Assembly: GCA_002279935.1 (NCBI GenBank)
Contig: NCCZ01000008.1
Location: forward strand, 85,998-149,997
Direction of reading: 5' to 3'
From: Hyphomicrobium sp. 12-62-95
GTDB lineage: Bacteria; Pseudomonadota; Alphaproteobacteria; Rhizobiales; Hyphomicrobiaceae
Length of the DNA stretch: 64,000 nt
The translations under genes and the position numbers were made by a program. Below are positions 57,612 through 64,000 of the stretch, piece by piece; the first letter of the stretch is position 1, and each line of letters opens with the position of its first letter. Below the pieces are notes generated by a model, which saw nothing but the letters and a program-made list of their open reading frames with translations, had not been told where the DNA came from and ran no database searches.

Positions 57612-58657
57612 GCCGCTGTGGCGCGCGCGCGGCGGCGGTCGGCCAATTCAGCGGCCATGCGGATCGCGCAGATCATGCTTTCGGGCGAGGCAATGCCACT
57701 GGCTGCGATATCGAAGGCTGTGCCGTGGTCGGGCGAGGTGCGCACAAAGGGCAAGCCGAGGGTGACGTTGACGCCAGTATCGAAGGAGAGCGTCTTGATC
57801 GGGATGAGGGCTTGGTCGTGATACATGCAGACGGCGGCGTCGTAGTTTTTGCGGGCGCCGGCATGGAAGAGCGTATCGGCGGAATGCGGGCCGGTGACGG
57901 AGATACCTTCGCGGCGCAGTTCTTCAATGGCGGGGGCGATAAGATCAATGTCTTCGCGGCCGATGGTGCCGCCTTCACCTGCATGCGGATTGAGACCGGC
58001 CACGGCGACGCGCGGCTCATCAATGCCGAAATCGGATTTCAGGCTGCGCCACGTGATGTTGATCGTCTCATAGAGCAGGCGTTTGGATAGCGAGCGCGGC
58101 ACATCGGAGAGAGGCACGTGGATGGTCACGGGGACCACGCGCAGCAGATCCGAGGCCAGCATCATCACGGGATGATGGCGCTTGCCGGGGACCAGGGAGC
58201 CGGCGAGTGCTGCCAGAAATTCGGTATGGCCGGGATGGACGAAGCCGGCGGCATAGAGAACGGCTTTTGCAATGGGGGCTGTAACGACAGCGGAGGCTTC
58301 GCCGGCCACGACCGCGCGGACGGCCTGTTCAATCGCCGAGATGGTTCCCATGGCATTTTCGGGCAGCGGCGTGCCCGGTTTCACGTCGCGGGCGACGGTG
58401 ATGGGAATGACGGGCAGTTCCGTTGCGAAACGTGCGCTGGCGTCGGAAGGGCCTGCGATTTCGCTGATCGGTGTCTCAAGGCCGAGAAGTCTGGCGCGTT
58501 CCGCGAGGGTCCGGGGGCAGCCGTAGACGGCGAACGGCGCGAGGCCGCGATCGGCGCGGCGCGCATAGGCCTTCAGCACGATTTCAGGGCCGATGCCGGC
58601 GGGGTCGCCCATCGTGACGGCAAGGGGGAGCGCGCGCTCCGCATTTGTAGCGGGCAT
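57608..58657 (-). CDS. pdxA: 4-hydroxythreonine-4-phosphate dehydrogenase
   Basis: [15 protein letters not shown]...HPGHTEFLA...[10 protein letters not shown]...DHGTAFDIA. Confidence 0.95.
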   Translation of the reverse strand: MPATNAERALPLAVTMGDPAGIGPEIVLKAYARRADRGLAPFAVYGCPRTLAERARLLGLETPISEIAGPSDASARFATELPVIPITVARDVKPGTPLPENAMGTISAIEQAVRAVVAGEASAVVTAPIAKAVLYAAGFVHPGHTEFLAALAGSLVPGKRHHPVMMLASDLLRVVPVTIHVPLSDVPRSLSKRLLYETINITWRSLKSDFGIDEPRVAVAGLNPHAGEGGTIGREDIDLIAPAIEELRREGISVTGPHSADTLFHAGARKNYDAAVCMYHDQALIPIKTLSFDTGVNVTLGLPFVRTSPDHGTAFDIAASGIASPESMICAIRMAAELADRRRARATAA

Positions 58658-60003
58658 CAGCGGTACTCGATGGCCGCGTCCTGGCGCAGGTCCTTCAGGT
58701 GTTTCTTGGCCATGACTTCGAACTCCTTCTGGCGCAACTCGGCCTGCACAGTCTGACGCCGTTCGAGGTCCGCCGCTACCGTCTTACGGCCGCAGACAGC
58801 CCAGATCTCGACGCCTTCGGCACCGACGGTGGGGGGAAGCACTTCTCCGTCTTTGGCCGCGAGCAGGAGCGAGCGGGTGGGTTCGGGGATGGCGGTGGGG
58901 AGGCGGCCGCCGAGATTGTCGAAGCGGGCGCCGGCGACAGTGGTGGCGTTGGCTGACATCTGGGCGCAGCCGCCGCCGCGCTGGGCCAGGCTATCGCCCT
59001 CGGCCATGCGCTGGGCCATGACCTTCTGATTGACGCCAGCGGGAATGGGAAGAACGATGCGCTGGACCTGCAACTCAATGCCGTCGCCGTTGGTGCCAGG
59101 CGAGTTGGCGACGATGCGGTCGACATCGCGGTCGTTAACGGCGATCTGAGCGCCGAATTTGCGGCGGATGACTTCCTGCCAGGACATGTTGGCCTTGAAG
59201 CGCTGGCGCATGACGGCGGGATCGGCGCCCATCTTTTTCAGATGGGCTGCAAATTCCGGCGCCGTCATTTTGTTCTTTTCGGCGATGGAGGCCATGATCT
59301 TGTCGACGTCTTCGTCGCCGACCACGACATTGAGCTTTTTGGCTTCCTGGAGCTTCAAGCGTTCGTCGATCAGTTCCTCGAGCGCTTCCTTGCGGATGCC
59401 GGGCATGACGCTTTGGCGTGCGCTTTCGACCGCCTGCTGCTGTAGTCCCTTGGCGAACTCGGTTTTGCGTTTTTCGAAGATGGCGATGATCTCTTCGCGC
59501 GACTTGCCTTCGTTTTCCTTCACGGTCTTTTCGAGGATCGCTTTCAGGCGGTCGTTGGTCGACTTCTGTTTGATGAGGTTTTTGAAGTTGGCCTGCGCGC
59601 GTTCGCCGATGTTGGCATTGCCCATGCCCATGAGGCGCTGGCGCTGCTGAATCTCGTAGCCGGTGATCGGCTCGTCGTTGACGAGGACGGCGATCGACTG
59701 CGCGCCGGTGACTTTGCCCAGCGAGCCGTCGCTCGGTTTGATGGCGGCTGATTTGGAACCGGCACCTGCGTCGGGTTTGGCTGCTGGCTTGGCCTTGGGC
59801 TTGGCCGGGGCGGTTGGCGGGGGTTCGTTCGGGACGACGACCTCGGGCAGCGGCTGGGTGCCGGGCGGAGTGGTGACGGTGATGCCCTGCTGGGCCAAGG
59901 CCAAAGCCGGGCATAGCCCGGCTGTGAGGATGGCAGCCAAGAGCAGACGACGGGGCGGACTGGAGCGCAGGGGGAAGCGCATGCGGGTTTCAATTTTCTC
60001 CAA
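58657..60003 (-). CDS. surA: Periplasmic chaperone/peptidyl-prolyl isomerase SurA
   Basis: A signal peptide and SurA N-domain-like helices. It occupies the conserved position between lptD and pdxA. The start is uncertain (TTG 60003 or ATG 59982). Confidence 0.8.
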   Translation of the reverse strand: MEKIETRMRFPLRSSPPRRLLLAAILTAGLCPALALAQQGITVTTPPGTQPLPEVVVPNEPPPTAPAKPKAKPAAKPDAGAGSKSAAIKPSDGSLGKVTGAQSIAVLVNDEPITGYEIQQRQRLMGMGNANIGERAQANFKNLIKQKSTNDRLKAILEKTVKENEGKSREEIIAIFEKRKTEFAKGLQQQAVESARQSVMPGIRKEALEELIDERLKLQEAKKLNVVVGDEDVDKIMASIAEKNKMTAPEFAAHLKKMGADPAVMRQRFKANMSWQEVIRRKFGAQIAVNDRDVDRIVANSPGTNGDGIELQVQRIVLPIPAGVNQKVMAQRMAEGDSLAQRGGGCAQMSANATTVAGARFDNLGGRLPTAIPEPTRSLLLAAKDGEVLPPTVGAEGVEIWAVCGRKTVAADLERRQTVQAELRQKEFEVMAKKHLKDLRQDAAIEYR

Positions 60004-60169
60004 AGTGGGCCGCGGGCCGCTGTCGGCGCTGGACCACGGGCGGGGCCGGGGGGCGCAGGCACGCGCCCGAGTCGCTCAGGTGAGTGTACCCAGCGCCTCG
60101 GCCTGAGAATATCCGGTTATCCACTGTAACCGTGGCCGGGGGATGGCAACGAGCCTGGGTGGTTAACCG

Positions 60170-62641
60170 CTATGGATTGGTGCCCGGCGCTTGCTGGTCG
60201 GAGTTCACGTAGTCGAGGACGTTGCTCTTATAGTTGAAGCCGCCCAGGTACTTGTATTCGATCCGGAACATGACCGTCTGGTCGGGCTCGATGTCGCGGG
60301 CCTCGTCGCGAATGTGGTATTCGTCGTACGTGACCGAGAGCATGAAGCAGTCGTCCTGGTAGCGGATCGACGCCGTGTCGGTGATGAACTGGCTCTCGTC
60401 GAGGTCGTAACGCAGGCCGCCGAGGAGCGACCAGCGGTCGGTGAGCCGCAGGCCGAAGAGGGCGCTGACGTCCTGCTCGGCGCGGTTACCGAATTCAGGA
60501 TCGGCGAAGGAATACGTGTATGTGGCGGCCGCGGCCAGCGGGCCGTAGTTGACGGCGAGGGTCGCGTCTTCACGCTTCAGAGTGAAGTTATCATCGTCGA
60601 AGCGGCTCTGGGAAATGAACCGGAAATTGTCGGTCGGTGCGATGTAGGCACCCAGCACGTAATCGGATGAGGCCGATTCCAGACCGCTGTTGGGCGAGAA
60701 GATCGGATTGCAGTTGTCGTCGACGCCGGCAGCGACCACTTGGGTGAGTACACCGCCTGGTGGTGTGCACCTGATGGTGCGGTTCGCATACGGGTTTTGG
60801 CCATCGAGCTGATAGCTCTGGCCGGCGAGGATGCGGGCGTGGCCACCGGTCCAGGGCTGGAAGGTGTACTGCAGGCCGACGTTGGCGCGGGTGCCGGTTT
60901 CGAGGCGGTCCCAACCGGAGAATTTGTTGGTGTCGAAGAGGTTCGTGTCGTCGAAGACAAGGCTCTTCGCGTCTTCAACCGGGAATTCTCGCTGATCGAC
61001 GTTGGCGGTGCGAGTGATGATCTGGCCGATGGGCTCGATGACGTGCGAGGCACCTGCGGTCGATGCAATCCATGGGTAGGCCACGGTGACGCCGCCGGAG
61101 GCGAGACCGCGCGCACTGGTGTCGTCGTCGATCGCCTGTGCGGTCTCGGCGTCACGATAGTTGTTGACCTGGAGGAGGTCGCCGCGCAGTTCGCCGAAGG
61201 GCGTATAGGTGATGCCCAACTCGTCGGTGAGACGGCGGCGCCACTTCACTTCCATCGAGGCGCGCGACATTTCCTGGTCGGCCGTGCCGAGCAGGCCATC
61301 GGAGCGCGAGAGGCTCAACGCGTTGCCGGCGAGTGAGAGTTCGCCGCCGACGACGGGCGCGTCGACGATATAGTTGTAGTCGATAACGGGATGGACGCGG
61401 CTTTCGGACTGGGCGGTGTCGTCGAGCAGAAGGCCGCCGAACTGATAGAGGTTGGTGGCGAAGTAGTTCCGGTCCGACATGCCGGTGAAATAGAGGTTGT
61501 TGATGCGGTCGGTCAGCAGGATGCTGTCGAGCTTGTAGAAGCGGCGAAACGTGTCGTCGGTTTCCAGCGTGACGTCCCAGCCGGCCCGCCACCAACTGGC
61601 GAGCGAGAAATCGCCCCTGGTGACGATGCTGCCGCGGAAGCCGTCCAGGTCCTGCTGCTTGGCGGGATCGACGTCGAGGTCGCTGCCGTCCTGATCGATG
61701 CCGGCGAGCTTGACGGAGTACTGTCCGTTCGCGAACCGCTGACGCCAATCCCCCATCCAGAGCACGCCCTGGCCGGTCATGTAGCGCGGATGGAATGTGA
61801 AGTCGTAGGAGGGCGAGAGTGCGAAATAGTAGGGGATCTCGGTGAAGAAACCGAGGTCGCCGGAGTTACCGACGTCGGGGGCGAGGAAGCCGGACTTGCG
61901 CTTCACGGTGGGATCGGGGTGCTCGAAGTAGGGCAGGCCGAAGATCGGCACGCCGAACATTTCGAACTGTGCATCCTGATAGCTAATGGTCTGGGCCGCC
62001 TGATCGTGCGTGACCGTCGAGGCCGCGATACACCACAGCGGCGGCTGCGAGCCATCGGTGCGGCAGGGCGTGAATTTCGCGTTCTTGAATTCGGTGACGT
62101 TGCCGTCGCGGCGGATGCCCTGCTCGGCCGAGATCTTGGAATCGTCGACGGCAACGACACTGAGCGACTGTACGAAGCCGTCACGGAAATCATCGGTGAG
62201 GGTGTAGCGTTCGGCGCGGACGATGTTGCCGTTAGCATCGCGCAGGACGACGTTGCCTTGGGCGGAGAGCGTGTTGGCTGACTGGTCGTAAATGACTTCG
62301 TCGGCGGTGAGATTGTTGTTCTCGTACTGGATCTCGACGTTGCCCTTGGCGATGACCTTGGAGCCTTCGCTGTCGTAGACGAGTTCGTCGGCCTGGAGGT
62401 GCAGGGGCAGGCCGCCATCAAACTTCTGCGTTTTGCCGAAGATGCCGTTCTTGGGCTTGGCGAATGCGGACTTGGGTGTTTGCTGGGCGGCGGCCGGCGT
62501 GGAGAAGATCAGCTGGAACGGCGAGCCGGCGACAGATGCGAGCAGGCCAAACACGAACACAGCCGACGCCGCCATCAGGCGACGAGCCGTCTTCGGTTTC
62601 CCTGCTTCCAATGCCTGCGCTTGCCGCAGAGCACGCATCAC
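60170..62641 (-). CDS. lptD: LPS-assembly outer-membrane protein LptD
   Basis: An 823-aa product with a signal peptide, an OstA-like N-domain (LQADELVYDSEGSKVIAKGNVEI) and a large beta-barrel. It sits within the lptFG-lptD-surA context. Confidence 0.9.
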   Translation of the reverse strand: MMRALRQAQALEAGKPKTARRLMAASAVFVFGLLASVAGSPFQLIFSTPAAAQQTPKSAFAKPKNGIFGKTQKFDGGLPLHLQADELVYDSEGSKVIAKGNVEIQYENNNLTADEVIYDQSANTLSAQGNVVLRDANGNIVRAERYTLTDDFRDGFVQSLSVVAVDDSKISAEQGIRRDGNVTEFKNAKFTPCRTDGSQPPLWCIAASTVTHDQAAQTISYQDAQFEMFGVPIFGLPYFEHPDPTVKRKSGFLAPDVGNSGDLGFFTEIPYYFALSPSYDFTFHPRYMTGQGVLWMGDWRQRFANGQYSVKLAGIDQDGSDLDVDPAKQQDLDGFRGSIVTRGDFSLASWWRAGWDVTLETDDTFRRFYKLDSILLTDRINNLYFTGMSDRNYFATNLYQFGGLLLDDTAQSESRVHPVIDYNYIVDAPVVGGELSLAGNALSLSRSDGLLGTADQEMSRASMEVKWRRRLTDELGITYTPFGELRGDLLQVNNYRDAETAQAIDDDTSARGLASGGVTVAYPWIASTAGASHVIEPIGQIITRTANVDQREFPVEDAKSLVFDDTNLFDTNKFSGWDRLETGTRANVGLQYTFQPWTGGHARILAGQSYQLDGQNPYANRTIRCTPPGGVLTQVVAAGVDDNCNPIFSPNSGLESASSDYVLGAYIAPTDNFRFISQSRFDDDNFTLKREDATLAVNYGPLAAAATYTYSFADPEFGNRAEQDVSALFGLRLTDRWSLLGGLRYDLDESQFITDTASIRYQDDCFMLSVTYDEYHIRDEARDIEPDQTVMFRIEYKYLGGFNYKSNVLDYVNSDQQAPGTNP

Positions 62642-63748
62642 TCAACCATCCTCCTGGTGCAAAAGCACCGTTGTTGTGGCGACCAACGCCAAGGTGATGG
62701 GGAACCAGACCGCGATCCTTGGGGCGACAAGACCTGCCGCGCCCAATTGTCGTGAAATCTCAGCCAGTAGGAAGAATCCCAAGCCCCCGATCATCCCGGT
62801 CACGACCATAGTCTGGACGCCACCGGAGCGGAATGACTTAAGCGACACAGTGGCCGCCAAAAGCACCATCACAACGCACAGGAACGGCCTTGACAGGAGC
62901 AGTTCGTACTGTAGGCGCAGGTTAGCAGTCGAAAGTTTCGCTTTTTCAGCCACTTCGATGAGGCCCGGGAGTTCCCAAAACGAGACGGCGATCACCCGGC
63001 CCAGGGCATCGGAGACGCGTTCGGGGGTTAGGTAGGTTGAGAGCAGATAGGACCCGTAGGCGACGGGTTCTTCGCCAGGTCGGGCGACCGTGACGTTTTC
63101 GAGTTTCCAGTAGCCGTCGAGGAGGGTGGCCTTGGCCGCATCGACGCGTTCCTTGAAGCGGCCTTCGGTGTCGAAGACGAAGGCATTCACGCCGGTGAGT
63201 TCGATGCCGCCGCGAGCGGCGGACGCGGCGGTCAACACCGATTGCCCGTCGAGGCCATCCTGGCGCAGCCAAGAGCCGGCGCCGCCCGCCTGCAACAGGT
63301 TGACCTCGCGGCCAAAATATTGATTGAACAGGGTATCCGCATAGGCCCGCGCGGAGGCGGCCATGGGATTATACAGCGTAATGCTCAGGACGCCGAGAAC
63401 GAAGGCCACCAGGAGGCCGGGCCGCAGAAACTGCCAGGCCGACATGCCGGAGGCGCGAATGACGGCCAATTCGCTTTTTCGCGACAGCATCAATAGCGCG
63501 CCGATCGATCCAGCGAGGACGCCGAAGGCGAGGAGAAACTCAGTGTAGGCGGGCAGGCGCAGGAGTGTGAGCCATGCAACCTTCCAGCCGGCCACACCCC
63601 CATACTTGCCGGATTGGCGGAGCATTTCGACGAGATCGATGACGAAGATGAGGAAGGAGCAGACCAGGAACGTCAGCACGATGGCGCCGAGAAATCGCTT
63701 GGCGACGTAGATACCGACCGTGGTCGGCCAGAGGCGGGGAAGACGCAT
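62642..63748 (-). CDS. lptG: LPS export ABC permease LptG
   Basis: YjgP/YjgQ family (IYVAKRFLGAIVLTFLVCSFLIFVIDLVEMLR), the second of two tandem paralogs upstream of lptD. Confidence 0.85.
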   Translation of the reverse strand: MRLPRLWPTTVGIYVAKRFLGAIVLTFLVCSFLIFVIDLVEMLRQSGKYGGVAGWKVAWLTLLRLPAYTEFLLAFGVLAGSIGALLMLSRKSELAVIRASGMSAWQFLRPGLLVAFVLGVLSITLYNPMAASARAYADTLFNQYFGREVNLLQAGGAGSWLRQDGLDGQSVLTAASAARGGIELTGVNAFVFDTEGRFKERVDAAKATLLDGYWKLENVTVARPGEEPVAYGSYLLSTYLTPERVSDALGRVIAVSFWELPGLIEVAEKAKLSTANLRLQYELLLSRPFLCVVMVLLAATVSLKSFRSGGVQTMVVTGMIGGLGFFLLAEISRQLGAAGLVAPRIAVWFPITLALVATTTVLLHQEDG

Positions 63749-64000
63749 CAGGTGCTCCCTGCCGGTTTAGGTGTGCCGGGGCGGAGGCGGGCGGCGATGC
63801 CGGACGCGGCCTCGCCGATCAAATCCAGAAGGCGGCTGGTGCGGCTTTGACCGGGGCGCTGCTGGCCGGCGCGCTGGATGAGCACGAGGCTGATGGCGAT
63901 GGTGCCCAGGGGCAAAAGGTAGAGGAGGGGGATCATCACCGGGTTGACGGAGACAAGGTTGTTGAGGCCCAGGCCCGCGAGGCGCAAGCCGGCGCCGGCG
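63748..64000 (-). CDS. lptF: LPS export ABC permease LptF, C-terminal part only (5' end beyond the window)
   Basis: The open frame runs off the window edge. The C-terminal TM (VMIPLLYLLPLGTIAISLVLI) and its position upstream of lptG support the call. Confidence 0.7.
   Translation of the reverse strand, partial: AGAGLRLAGLGLNNLVSVNPVMIPLLYLLPLGTIAISLVLIQRAGQQRPGQSRTSRLLDLIGEAASGIAARLRPGTPKPAGST

Noticed and set aside
60117-60125. A DnaA-box-like TTATCCACT between surA and lptD. There is also a weaker TATCCACG (reverse strand) near 37345.
   Set aside because: These are single 8/9 and 7/9 matches with no clustering, no AT-rich unwinding element and no replication-associated genes nearby.

Overview
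GC-rich chromosome segment: my hand counts give ~66% GC in typical genes. Gene content and synteny look alphaproteobacterial and Hyphomicrobiales-like. The window is almost entirely core or housekeeping genes. In order: lpxB (5' truncated), a two-gene lower-GC insert, a cytoplasmic molybdoenzyme, and a tightly coupled moxR/GFA/EpmB-like operon. Then dksA, an MscK-like channel, a FliO-like gene, cckA, recA-alaS, kef, a DUF4241 gene, pirin, icd and a trmJ-like gene with an extra N-terminal module. Then rpsD, pqiA, grxD-bolA, a lipid kinase/PAP2 pair, a YiaV/YiaW-like pair, tonB, a PQQ-type dehydrogenase and purL. Then rplI-DUF2232-rpsR-rpsF, ubiG, a CPA1 antiporter, a DUF808 gene, fabD-fabG-acpP-fabF-mltG, yicC-gmk, and rsmA-pdxA-surA-lptD-lptG-lptF (3' truncated). 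I saw no rRNA, tRNA, CRISPR array, transposase, integrase, prophage or recognisable defence or toxin-antitoxin system, so I cannot point to a clear novel multi-gene system. The observations most worth following up are: (1) an orphan minus-strand terminator marking an unannotated structured transcript next to a perfect palindromic CtrA box in the moxR-dksA gap; (2) DksA with a ~100-aa Ala/Lys/Pro-rich histone-H1-like N-terminal tail and a degenerate zinc finger; (3) a DUF433-like/CxxC module fused in frame to a TrmJ-like SPOUT methyltransferase; (4) a translationally coupled MoxR-GFA-EpmB-like operon lacking the usual partners; (5) a compositionally foreign two-gene insert encoding membrane-anchored proteins of no recognisable family; (6) two unannotated small-ORF loci with complete expression signals. 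All functional calls come from motif recognition by eye, and no database search was possible.
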